A stretch of 34,583 bases of DNA. Origin: a virus (taxonomy: Duplodnaviria > Caudoviricetes). The position numbers were made by a program, and so were the translations under genes. Location of the stretch: IMG/VR virus record IMGVR_UViG_3300050144_000026, positions 1 to 34,583 of that record; one strand, given 5' to 3'. Each line of letters begins with the position of its first letter. Positions within the stretch are counted from its first letter, which is position 1. Below, one piece after another: positions 15,818-24,532 of this stretch. The notes beneath the pieces were generated by a model, which was not told the DNA's origin, searched no databases, and saw only the letters and a program-made list of their open reading frames with translations.

Positions 15818-16035
15818 CAATCAAAGGCGACGCATACGCATTGGCTCTTGCCATCTACCCTCTGCGCAACGATGCAGAAGAAAAGATTTACGACGCCGTT
15901 ACGGCAATGGGGCTGAGCGATGATCAGAAAGCTGATCTGTATGCTCGCCTTGCCGAACAACTGCAAGAAGATACGCCCTTCGAGCAAGCTGTCACCATCA
16001 TCTCTAACTCCATCTTCCAAGCTAAACATGCCTGA
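15814..16035 (+). CDS. Hypothetical helical protein (73 aa)
   Basis: ATGA overlap upstream; overlaps the ligase start. Confidence 0.7.
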   Translation: MTIKGDAYALALAIYPLRNDAEEKIYDAVTAMGLSDDQKADLYARLAEQLQEDTPFEQAVTIISNSIFQAKHA

Positions 16036-16915
16036 CTATCTCAATCAACGGGCTCTGCCCATAGAAAAGACTCTCAAGCACTTCCGCAGTGTTAACACCC
16101 TGGCCGAGCTGGCTGGCATCTACTACGGCCAGCGCAAGTACGATGGCTGCCAAGGTATCGTAAACACCACCGATCGCACCATGGTAAGCCGTACTGGCAA
16201 GGCTGTGCTTAGTTGTGACCACATCATCGAGGAAGTCCGCAAGATTTACGGTGCCGGTCACGTAGTCTTTGGTGAGGTATGGATGCCACGCACCGACTTC
16301 GCTACGAGCAGTGGGAAGTTCCGCCGACATAACCTAGAGCCTGACCTGTGGTTCGTGGTCTACGACATGGTTAACGTCAACGAGTTCGCTAATGGGTACA
16401 GCCCGACGAGCTACCGTCAGCGGTACTGGGAAGTGGTTCGTGGCCTTGAGCGTGCCAACCCTCTGCGTGTGTCGCTGGCTGCGATCTACAACCCAGGCAC
16501 CTACGGTGATCCGCAGGTTGCAGCTAACGCTCTGGTGATGATGAAGCAGGACGGCGGCGATCACTACGATGGCCTAATCCTCCGCAACCCTGATGCACCC
16601 TGGGAGCTAGGCGATGCCACGGACGGCGCGTTGATCAAGGTCAAGCCGCACCTCAGCTTCACCCTCCGCGTGGTGGGCTTCGACATGGCGGTCGGTGCCA
16701 AGACGGGGCGGCCCACGGCGGCCCTCCTGTGCGCTTTCAAGGGGGGCAAGGTACTCCGTGTTGGGTCGGGGCTCGATCACGCCTCTCAGGCCGATCCAGG
16801 CCCCCTGGTGGGCAAGCTGGTGGAGGTCGAAGCCACCGAATACAGCTCGGACGGGCTGCTCCGTGAGCCCCGCTTCAAGGGCGTGCGCAGTGATGTAGTA
16901 ACAGCAGACTTTTAA
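16028..16915 (+). CDS. ATP-dependent DNA ligase
   Basis: KYDG adenylation motif, FGEV, VYD, DGLILR, KVK, VGSG, LREPRF; start taken at ATG 16028. Confidence 0.93.
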   Translation: MPDYLNQRALPIEKTLKHFRSVNTLAELAGIYYGQRKYDGCQGIVNTTDRTMVSRTGKAVLSCDHIIEEVRKIYGAGHVVFGEVWMPRTDFATSSGKFRRHNLEPDLWFVVYDMVNVNEFANGYSPTSYRQRYWEVVRGLERANPLRVSLAAIYNPGTYGDPQVAANALVMMKQDGGDHYDGLILRNPDAPWELGDATDGALIKVKPHLSFTLRVVGFDMAVGAKTGRPTAALLCAFKGGKVLRVGSGLDHASQADPGPLVGKLVEVEATEYSSDGLLREPRFKGVRSDVVTADF

Positions 16916-16919
16916 GGTA

Positions 16920-19400
16920 ATGATGACAGACGAACTTCTCCAGAAACAACACGAACTCGAACGCGACATGTTTGAGGGCGGCATCGCCCGTGCTACTGCT
17001 ACGCTTGACAAGGCTGAGGCAGCAGGCGAGGCTAACCGTAACCCCTATACCAAGGGCCTGTACGCTGAGTTTCTGCGTGATCTGTCTGGCATCATTCACT
17101 CAGAGACGACGCACACTACAGGCAAGGCAGGCCGACATGCAGCGCACGTCAGCTTGCTCAAGCCTCTGGACCCTGACAGCGTGGCGCTGCTGGCGATTCG
17201 TACTATCGTGGACCGGCTGTTCTACCCCAAGCAAGGGGATGCTGCCAAGAACCACGGTGTGCGTGCAGTGGCCTACGCTGTGGGCACCATGATCCACAAC
17301 GAGCTAGTGCTGGCCTTCATCTATAACGAGAGCCCGGAGTTGTACGCTACCCTTAGCCGCGACTTCAATCGCCGCCACTCCAAGAACATCCGCCATAAGA
17401 TGACGGTGTTCAAGATGCAGGCTGCTGCCAACGATATCTCCTACCAAGACTGGAGCATGGGCGACCGCGAGAAGGTAGGCTTGTGGATCGTTGATCAACT
17501 CTGCAAGCTGGGCATGCTGGTCATGGACACCCGCAAGACAGACGAGGAAACTGGACGCACCAAGGCACTGGGCCTGACTCATGTGACCGTAGCGTTTAGC
17601 GAGCCAGTGCAGCAGTACATCCTCGAAGTGCGCGACACTAGTGCCATGATGGCCCCGATCTTTGGCCCGTGCGTGGTTCCTCCTAAGCCCTGGAGCAACC
17701 TCTATGACGGTGGCTGGCACACCCGTGACATGCAACGGCGCTCGTGCGGTGCTGTTAAGGTGCGCTCGGTGGTCCGAGAGAAGCTGAAAAAGCAACAGAT
17801 GCCGAAGTTCTACCAAGCTATGAACGCTCAGCAGAATACTGCATGGGCGATCAATGAGCGCGTGCTCGATGCCATCCTAGCTGTAGCGGCTGAGCGGGAC
17901 AGCGGCGAAGTGCTGACACAGCGCGATGCACCTAAGCCCCCGCCGCCATCGTGGCTGCGTGATCATCAGTCCAAGGACGACATGAACGAGGCAGAGCAGC
18001 GCGAGTTCCTGCTCTGGAAGGCAGCGATGCGTGACTGGTACACCAATCGTAAGCTACGCATTAGCAAGCTGATGCGCTTCCACAGCGCCCTGAGTATCGC
18101 ACAGCGTTACAAACAGTTCGAGCGCCTGTACTTTGTGTACTTCGCTGACAGCCGTGGCCGCTTGTACCCTATGACCAGCGGCATTAGCCCGCAGGGTAGC
18201 GACATTCAGAAAGCCATGCTGCACTTCGCAGACGGCAAGCCGCTTCACACACCTGAGGCAGTGCGCTGGTTCTGCATCCAAGGCGCTAACAAGTGGGGCT
18301 TTGACAAGGCACCGCTTGACGACCGTGCCAGCTGGTACAAGGAACGGCATCACATCCTCATGGCTATCGCTAGCGACCCGGTTAACAACCGAGAATGGGA
18401 GCAGGCTGACTGCCCACTGCAATTCCTAGCATGGTGCTTCGAGTACGCAGAGTGGCAGATTGACCCGCAAGGCTTCGAGTCTCGCATCCCAATCAGCATG
18501 GATGGCTCGTGCAACGGGCTACAGCATTTCAGCGCGATGCTCCGTGACGAGGTTGGTGGGCAGGCTGTTAACCTCACGGTCAACGAAGTGATGGAAGATA
18601 TCTACCGCAAGGTGGCTGAAGTCGCAGCGCGTGACATGGCAGCGGACGCGAACCGTAACCCCTTAGCTGACAAATGGCTGGCCCTTGGCATCAGCCGCAG
18701 CGTGGTTAAGCGTAGCGTGATGACTACTCCGTACGGTGTGACCAAGCGTAGCGCTATCCGGTACGTCATTGATGACTACCTCAGCAGCGGATCAGCGCCA
18801 TGCTTTGAGCCAGCAGAATACTACGAGGCAGCTTCTGTGCTCATGGATTACGCATGGCCTGCCATTGGCAAGGTTGTGGTCAAAGCCCGTGAGGCTATGG
18901 ACTGGCTAGCAGAAAGCGCACGCAAGATTACACGGGCTGGTCTTGACGATGACGCAATGCTAGAGTGGGAAACCCCTAGCGGATTCCTTGCTACGCAGAA
19001 CTACTTCACTATGGAAGAACACCGCATTCGCTCTTACCTAGCAGGAACTGTTAGCTTAGTGGTTAATGTGGAGTCTAACCTAGTGAGCATCCCTAAGCAT
19101 GCAACTGGTCTAGCTCCGAACTTCGTTCATAGCTGTGATGCTGCTCACCTGCATCTTGCAACTTGTGCTGCTAATGATGCTGGTATTAGCTCTCTAGCTA
19201 TGATTCATGATGACTACGGCACTCATGCTGCTGATGCAGAGAAGTTGTTTCATATCATTCGTCAGACTTTTGTAGCTATGTATAGCTTACATGATCCTCT
19301 CATGGACTTTCATCGTAGGTATGTTGTTACTTCTGCCCCTCCTGCTGTTGGGAATCTTGACTTGAATGATGTATTGAGTTCTGATTACTTCTTCTCTTGA
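16920..19400 (+). CDS. Single-subunit (T7-like) DNA-directed RNA polymerase
   Basis: DSRGRLY, SPQGSD, DGSCNGLQH, RSVVKRSVMTTPYG, APNFVHSCDA, IHDDYG. Confidence 0.98.
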   Translation: MMTDELLQKQHELERDMFEGGIARATATLDKAEAAGEANRNPYTKGLYAEFLRDLSGIIHSETTHTTGKAGRHAAHVSLLKPLDPDSVALLAIRTIVDRLFYPKQGDAAKNHGVRAVAYAVGTMIHNELVLAFIYNESPELYATLSRDFNRRHSKNIRHKMTVFKMQAAANDISYQDWSMGDREKVGLWIVDQLCKLGMLVMDTRKTDEETGRTKALGLTHVTVAFSEPVQQYILEVRDTSAMMAPIFGPCVVPPKPWSNLYDGGWHTRDMQRRSCGAVKVRSVVREKLKKQQMPKFYQAMNAQQNTAWAINERVLDAILAVAAERDSGEVLTQRDAPKPPPPSWLRDHQSKDDMNEAEQREFLLWKAAMRDWYTNRKLRISKLMRFHSALSIAQRYKQFERLYFVYFADSRGRLYPMTSGISPQGSDIQKAMLHFADGKPLHTPEAVRWFCIQGANKWGFDKAPLDDRASWYKERHHILMAIASDPVNNREWEQADCPLQFLAWCFEYAEWQIDPQGFESRIPISMDGSCNGLQHFSAMLRDEVGGQAVNLTVNEVMEDIYRKVAEVAARDMAADANRNPLADKWLALGISRSVVKRSVMTTPYGVTKRSAIRYVIDDYLSSGSAPCFEPAEYYEAASVLMDYAWPAIGKVVVKAREAMDWLAESARKITRAGLDDDAMLEWETPSGFLATQNYFTMEEHRIRSYLAGTVSLVVNVESNLVSIPKHATGLAPNFVHSCDAAHLHLATCAANDAGISSLAMIHDDYGTHAADAEKLFHIIRQTFVAMYSLHDPLMDFHRRYVVTSAPPAVGNLDLNDVLSSDYFFS

Positions 19401-19447
19401 GTCTGTACTAGCTTCAATCTGCGATTGCAACAGATGCCGCTACCTAT

Positions 19448-19460
19448 TATCTTATAGCGT
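19448..19460 (-). promoter_or_regulatory. Putative phage RNAP promoter core, leftward (antisense to RNAP)
   Basis: TATCTTATAGCGT is the reverse complement of ACGCTATAAGATA. Confidence 0.65.
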
Positions 19461-19483
19461 AGCGAATTGCATTTGATTATTTA

Positions 19484-19496
19484 ACGCTATAAGATA
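19484..19496 (+). promoter_or_regulatory. Putative phage RNAP late promoter core
   Basis: ACGCTATAAGATA directly upstream of the late gene block. Confidence 0.8.
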
Positions 19497-19509
19497 CACA
19501 AGGATACCA

Positions 19510-19701
19510 ATGACACTTCCTGCTATTTTGGAAAAGCCATTGCGCATTGCGCGGCTGGATCAAGAAACTTACCTGCTGCTTGAGAAGAAATTCTCTCGGC
19601 CCGTGGTCGCTCAAGATACCACGCAACTGCAAGCCGCTTACCAGCTTGGCGTTCAAGCTGTCCTTCAGGAGTTGCGCAATGGCTTTACAATCGGATCGTG
19701 A
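19510..19701 (+). CDS. Small conserved late protein (63 aa)
   Basis: AAGGA RBS; first gene after RNAP as in phiKMV-like phages. Confidence 0.8.
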   Translation: MTLPAILEKPLRIARLDQETYLLLEKKFSRPVVAQDTTQLQAAYQLGVQAVLQELRNGFTIGS

Positions 19702-20149
19702 GTACCTGTTCATTCCGGACTGCGTTGATCAGCAGATGATCTTTGACAAGGTGCTGGAATGTTTCAATGCTGCTAAGGAAGCAGAGGACTCTCCATGGAT
19801 GCGCTTTGGTGATCCTTTCCCAGCAGCATGCCGGATTAGCGCTGTAATCTCTGGGCACAATACTGACCTGCACTTCGTGCTTAGCTACGGCGTGCTCATC
19901 CTATACAGCTTTGGCTGTCCTTGGTGGGCAACGGAAGTGCTGGCCCAGGAGGAACTTGTGCTAGGCATCCTGCCTGGGTACGACACAGCTAAAGCACTAG
20001 CCGCATGGGAAGCCCGCATGAAACTGTACGGCATCTCTGGCGTGGTCATTGGCACATCTCTGGCTGGTAAGCGTAGCGATACGCTGGCCCGCTTCTACCG
20101 GCAGCAAGGCTATGCCCCTGCTGCCCACATCTTAACCAAGGAGCTTTAA
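19679..20149 (+). CDS. GNAT-fold acetyltransferase-like protein
   Basis: AGGAG RBS before ATG 19679; PWW..E...EE.V and LARFYRQQGY motifs; syntenic position. Confidence 0.7.
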   Translation: MALQSDREYLFIPDCVDQQMIFDKVLECFNAAKEAEDSPWMRFGDPFPAACRISAVISGHNTDLHFVLSYGVLILYSFGCPWWATEVLAQEELVLGILPGYDTAKALAAWEARMKLYGISGVVIGTSLAGKRSDTLARFYRQQGYAPAAHILTKEL

Positions 20150-20150
20150 C

Positions 20151-20486
20151 ATGGGTGGAGTTGTTCGATCCGTAACCAAACTAGCAGGCAGTCTGCTGGG
20201 CGTTGACACTGAGGCTGCAACCAATGCCGCTAATAAGCAGGCCGAGGTGCTGGCCCAGACCGCTGAGCAAAGCCGCAACCAGTCCAACTGGGTAGCGCAG
20301 CAAGCCGCTGAGCAAGTGCGACTGCAAGCTGAGCGCAGCGCTGTGAATGACGCTATCCAGGCGCAGCAAGCAGCCAACGTGCCGACCACGCTTGAAACCA
20401 AGGTGGGCGCAGACGCGACGCCGGTGCGCAAGAAGCGTGCTGCCTTTGCTGGCAACAATGACCCAATCGGATCGGTGCGTATCTGA
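20151..20486 (+). CDS. Small virion structural/tail assembly protein
   Basis: AAGGAG RBS, MGG start, Ala/Gln-rich, immediately before portal. Confidence 0.7.
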   Translation: MGGVVRSVTKLAGSLLGVDTEAATNAANKQAEVLAQTAEQSRNQSNWVAQQAAEQVRLQAERSAVNDAIQAQQAANVPTTLETKVGADATPVRKKRAAFAGNNDPIGSVRI

Positions 20487-22030
20487 TGCAGCGCACATCT
20501 GCCTCAGAGTTCCTTGCCCTTGACGGCAAGCGCTCTGGACTTAAGAAGCGCTTCGAGGAATACGCCTTGTGGACTCTGCCGCGACTGTTCACTGTCGAGG
20601 GCTACAACGAGAACACCGGCGAGCTTCCGTACGACTACCAATCCGTAGGTGCGCAGGCTGTCAACCATCTTGCTAACAAGCTGATGCTGACCCTGTTCCG
20701 CCCGAACCAGCCGTTCTTTAAGCTCGGTCTGGATACCAAGCTGCGTACTGAGCTTATCTCGCAGGGCTTGCCTGAAGCTGACCTTGACCAACTACTTGCC
20801 ACTGGCGAGCAAACGGCACTCAAAGAGCTAGAGGCCAAGGCCCTCCGCCCTAAGCTGTTCGCTGCGCTGCTGAACCTAATCGTACTTGGCAACGCGCTCA
20901 TCTACTTGCCTAAGAAGTCTGATGAAGAGGCACGGGTCTACAGCATTAAGCAGTGGGTCTGCCGCCGCACACAGACTGGTAAGCTCAAGGAGCTAATCAT
21001 CCGCGAGTGCATGCGGTTCGATGAACTGCTGGATGAGGTACAGCTAGCTTACACCCAATTCTCTAAGGGCAAGAAGAAGAAGCCGCACGATGAGGTGCAT
21101 CTCTACACCCACCTGCGGCGCGATGGCGACAGCTTCAAGCTAACCCAGGCCGTCGATGAGTGCGAGCTTGGCGAGGACTTCTCTGTTACCTACAGCGAAG
21201 AAGATTGCCCGTACCATGTTGAGTGCTGGAACCTTGCCGACGAGAACAACTACGGAACTGGGCTGGTAGAGGACTACCGGGGCTCGTTCGCTGCACTCAG
21301 TACGCTGAGTGAGGCTGAGGTCAAGGCCGCTGTGCTGGCATCTGAGTATCGTTGGCTGGTCAACCCTGCGGGCATGACTAAGCCTGAGGACTTGGAGCAG
21401 TCAGAGAACGGTGCATCGTTGCCGGGTAGCGAGAAGGATATCGTCTCACTGAGCTTTGGTAATGGTAGCTACGGGAACCTGCAAGTCATCGGGACCATTG
21501 CCGAGAAGCACATCCGTGTGCTTGGCGCTGGCTTCCTTATGCCTACCGCTGTGACCCGTGACGCTGAGCGTGTGACCGCTGAGGAAATCCGGCAGCAAGC
21601 CATCGAGCTTGAGACTGGGCTCGGTGGTGTTTATACCCGCTTGGCTACCGGCCTGCAACCGTTCATCGCCAGCTACTTGCTGCGTGCTGCTGACCTTGAT
21701 GTGAAGGGCTCCCGCTTGGTAGTCACGATCATCACTGGCCTGGATGCGCTCAGCCGTGGTGGCGACCTGGAGAACCTGCGCTTAGCGCTCAGTGATATCG
21801 CCAGCCTTCAAGCTGTCGGTGCTGAGTTGCTTGCACCTCTGAACCTTACTGCCATCTACACTGCGATCTTCATTGGCCGTGGCGTTGATGCCCGTAAGTA
21901 CACGCTGTCAGAGGATCAGCAACAAGCTAACCAACAAGCTAAGCAGCAAGCGATCCAAGATCAGCAAGCTGCCGTCCAAGGTGCCCGAGTGGGTGCCCAA
22001 CAAGCAACTCAACAACAGACCGCACAATGA
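20486..22030 (+). CDS. Portal (head-tail connector) protein
   Basis: YQSVGAQAVNHLANKLM..LF, YG.GLVE, RDAERVTAEEIR, LGGVY; 514 aa. Confidence 0.95.
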   Translation: MQRTSASEFLALDGKRSGLKKRFEEYALWTLPRLFTVEGYNENTGELPYDYQSVGAQAVNHLANKLMLTLFRPNQPFFKLGLDTKLRTELISQGLPEADLDQLLATGEQTALKELEAKALRPKLFAALLNLIVLGNALIYLPKKSDEEARVYSIKQWVCRRTQTGKLKELIIRECMRFDELLDEVQLAYTQFSKGKKKKPHDEVHLYTHLRRDGDSFKLTQAVDECELGEDFSVTYSEEDCPYHVECWNLADENNYGTGLVEDYRGSFAALSTLSEAEVKAAVLASEYRWLVNPAGMTKPEDLEQSENGASLPGSEKDIVSLSFGNGSYGNLQVIGTIAEKHIRVLGAGFLMPTAVTRDAERVTAEEIRQQAIELETGLGGVYTRLATGLQPFIASYLLRAADLDVKGSRLVVTIITGLDALSRGGDLENLRLALSDIASLQAVGAELLAPLNLTAIYTAIFIGRGVDARKYTLSEDQQQANQQAKQQAIQDQQAAVQGARVGAQQATQQQTAQ

Positions 22031-22779
22031 CCACTGAAGATATCAACCTCGCCCCCGCAACTGGCGCCCCGGAAGGGGCAGCACCTACCGCTGCACCGAC
22101 TGTTCCCGATGTAGCGCCTACCCCTGCCGCTCCTGCTGCACCGACTATCGAAGCGCCTGCCGTTCAGACCTTCGAGGCTACCGGCGACCCTGGACTGGAC
22201 CTTGCGCTAGACTTCATTGGCAAGCTGGGCATTGGCCCGGACGATGATGCCCTGGCCGCTGCACAATCCGGCGACTTCACCAAGATCACCGAGCGCCTCA
22301 AGGGCATGGGTGAGCGTGCTGCTGGCTTCGAGAAGTACCTGGCCCTGGCTAAGTCTAGCTACGAAGCTACCACCGCTAAGGTGGCCGAGCAAGCCGCCGC
22401 TCTGGAGTCCCTGGTGCATGGCGCTGTGGGCGGCAAGGAGAAGTGGGCAGCGATCAAGACCTGGGCTAGCGCTAACGCTACCGATGCAGAACGTGCACAG
22501 ATCAACAAGGCATTCGAGACTGGCGGCTTTGCTGCCCGTGCCGCTGCTGAGCGACTGGCCGCACTGTATCAACGCAGTGGGCAGGCTGGTCACAAGTCTG
22601 CCGCGAAGCCTGATGCTGGTGCCGGTGCTGATACTAGCGCTGGTGCGCTGACTGCCAAGCAGTACCAAGCCGAGTTGCAGGCTCTGCAACAAGGTGCCCG
22701 TGGCCGTGACGTTAGCCAGACGCCAGCTTACAAGGCGCTGCAAGATCGCCGTTTGGCCGGTCGCCGCGCAGGCATCTGA
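22027..22779 (+). CDS. Capsid assembly scaffolding protein
   Basis: Pro/Ala-rich N-terminus, GGKEKW..IK.WA motif; between portal and capsid. Confidence 0.9.
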   Translation: MTTEDINLAPATGAPEGAAPTAAPTVPDVAPTPAAPAAPTIEAPAVQTFEATGDPGLDLALDFIGKLGIGPDDDALAAAQSGDFTKITERLKGMGERAAGFEKYLALAKSSYEATTAKVAEQAAALESLVHGAVGGKEKWAAIKTWASANATDAERAQINKAFETGGFAARAAAERLAALYQRSGQAGHKSAAKPDAGAGADTSAGALTAKQYQAELQALQQGARGRDVSQTPAYKALQDRRLAGRRAGI

Positions 22780-22785
22780 TTGTTT

Positions 22786-22798
22786 ACGCTATAAGATA
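22786..22798 (+). promoter_or_regulatory. Putative phage RNAP promoter core for the capsid gene
   Basis: ACGCTATAAGATA in the scaffold-capsid gap, position equivalent to T7 phi10. Confidence 0.85.
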
Positions 22799-22853
22799 AC
22801 ACCAAGTCCGGTGTCATTCTTTAGCAATCCTCACAACATACAAGGAGCCTACA

Positions 22854-23870
22854 ATGGCACTCGACGACGTTTTTAACGTAACATCCCCCAATGCCATCAA
22901 CGGTGCTGACACCACCTATGCCGAAAAGATGGCCCTCATTATCGAGGAATTCACCGGCATGGTCGAGGGCACCATCGCCCGCCGATCCATCATGCAAGGC
23001 ATGGTGCCTGTGCGCCCTGTTCAGGGTACGGCTACGTTCACCAATCATGCAGTCGGTGAGTCCACGTTGCAGAAGGCGACGGCTGGCGTTACCCCTGATG
23101 GTACGAAGAACGACTTCTCGAAGAACGCCGTGACCGTGGATACCGTGGTGCTGGCCCGCGCTGTGTTCGGCCTGCTGGAACCCTTCCAGACCCAGATGAA
23201 CACCCGCCAGGAAGTCGCCACCGAGCACGGCAAGAAGATCGCTAAGTTCTGGGACGAGTCGTTCCTGATCCAAGCTGCCAAGGCCGCACTGCTCACGCAG
23301 TCCACCTTCAGCCGTGGCTCTGCTGGTAAGCCTGCTGGTCACTTCGGTGGCTCGCAAGAAACCCTGGCCGCTGCTGGTGATCTGCAAGACCCGGCTAAGC
23401 TGTACGCAGCTCTGGCCCGCTTGCTGGTCAAGATGGAGAAGAAGGACGTTGATCCGCGCAACGATGACTGCATGATCATCGTGGACCCGGCGCAGTATTA
23501 CACACTGATCCAGGCTGAGCAACTGGTGAACACCACGTACACCACTGCCGCTGGCAATCAAGTGAACAACGCTTGGGTGCTCAAGACCTACGGTGTGCCT
23601 GTGTTCAGCACCAACAACGCCGCTATCGGTAAGAACATCACCGGCCACTTGCTGTCCAACTCTGGCAACAGCAACGCCTACGATGGAGACTTCACCAAGG
23701 TGGGCGCACAAATCTTCTCGCCTCGTGCCATCATGGCCGGTGAGACGATCCCGCTGCAAAGCGAAATCTTCTACGACAAGATCAGTAAGTCTTGGTTCGT
23801 GGATGCCCACCTGAGCTACGCTGTCGGCCCTAACCGCGCCGAGTACGCTGGTGCGATTCTCCTGCCCTAA
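22854..23870 (+). CDS. Major capsid protein
   Basis: AAGGAG RBS, very biased codons, 338 aa, IEEFTG.VE..I and terminal G..R.E motifs; promoter before and terminator after. Confidence 0.95.
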   Translation: MALDDVFNVTSPNAINGADTTYAEKMALIIEEFTGMVEGTIARRSIMQGMVPVRPVQGTATFTNHAVGESTLQKATAGVTPDGTKNDFSKNAVTVDTVVLARAVFGLLEPFQTQMNTRQEVATEHGKKIAKFWDESFLIQAAKAALLTQSTFSRGSAGKPAGHFGGSQETLAAAGDLQDPAKLYAALARLLVKMEKKDVDPRNDDCMIIVDPAQYYTLIQAEQLVNTTYTTAAGNQVNNAWVLKTYGVPVFSTNNAAIGKNITGHLLSNSGNSNAYDGDFTKVGAQIFSPRAIMAGETIPLQSEIFYDKISKSWFVDAHLSYAVGPNRAEYAGAILLP

Positions 23871-23883
23871 TCTCTAGGGTGCT

Positions 23884-23917
23884 GCCCCCATGTCCTCACG
23901 GATGTGGGGGCTTTTTT
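23884..23917 (+). terminator. Rho-independent terminator after capsid (T-phi-like)
   Basis: GCCCCCATGTCC-TCAC-GGATGTGGGGGC followed by TTTTTT. Confidence 0.92.
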
Positions 23918-23929
23918 CGTGACCTCAAC

Positions 23930-24523
23930 ATGACCATCACACAGCTTACAGTTACAAACGATATGCTTGGGCTGCTGGGTGAGCTTCCTGTTAACGACCT
24001 CGGTGACTATCACCCTGTCGTACCACGGGCTCTTAGCTACATCGCAACCACGAACGCCACGGTACAAGCTACCCGCTGGTGGTTCAACGTCGAGTGGCCC
24101 ACCTTGCAGCCTCAAGCTGACACCAAAGAAATCCTGCTGCCCAATGACACGCTATCCGTGGACTCGCTCACGCAGTACCCGCAGCTAGCTTATCGTGGCG
24201 GCAAGCTCTACAACCTGGACGATAGCACGTACGAGTTTGGGGACAGCGTTAAGGTGCGACTGCATCGGCTGCTGGCCTTCGAGGACTTGCCCATGCTGGC
24301 TCGCGTTTACATCGCAGCCTCGGCTAAGCTACGCTTCGCTGGAAGCATCGACGGGGCTGACCCGTTAAAGGTGCAGCTACTGCGTCAAGAAGTTGCAGAG
24401 TCTTATGCCAACTTCAACGCTGAGCATATCCGCAACAACAAGGGAAACTTCTTCAACACGCCGAGCGTAGCTTACAAGTTAGCCAACATCCGGGGCTATC
24501 GTAGCACGCCGCGCCTTCGATAA
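23930..24523 (+). CDS. Tail tubular protein A (adaptor)
   Basis: N.ML..LGE.PV, WWFN.E, FEDLP motifs; follows capsid. Confidence 0.92.
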   Translation: MTITQLTVTNDMLGLLGELPVNDLGDYHPVVPRALSYIATTNATVQATRWWFNVEWPTLQPQADTKEILLPNDTLSVDSLTQYPQLAYRGGKLYNLDDSTYEFGDSVKVRLHRLLAFEDLPMLARVYIAASAKLRFAGSIDGADPLKVQLLRQEVAESYANFNAEHIRNNKGNFFNTPSVAYKLANIRGYRSTPRLR

Positions 24524-24532
24524 GGAGATTGC

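Noticed and set aside
23865-23877. CCC-TAA at the capsid end as a +1 frameshift site giving an extended capsid protein
   Set aside because: The +1 frame reads CCT AAT CTC TAG and stops at once, and a terminator follows.
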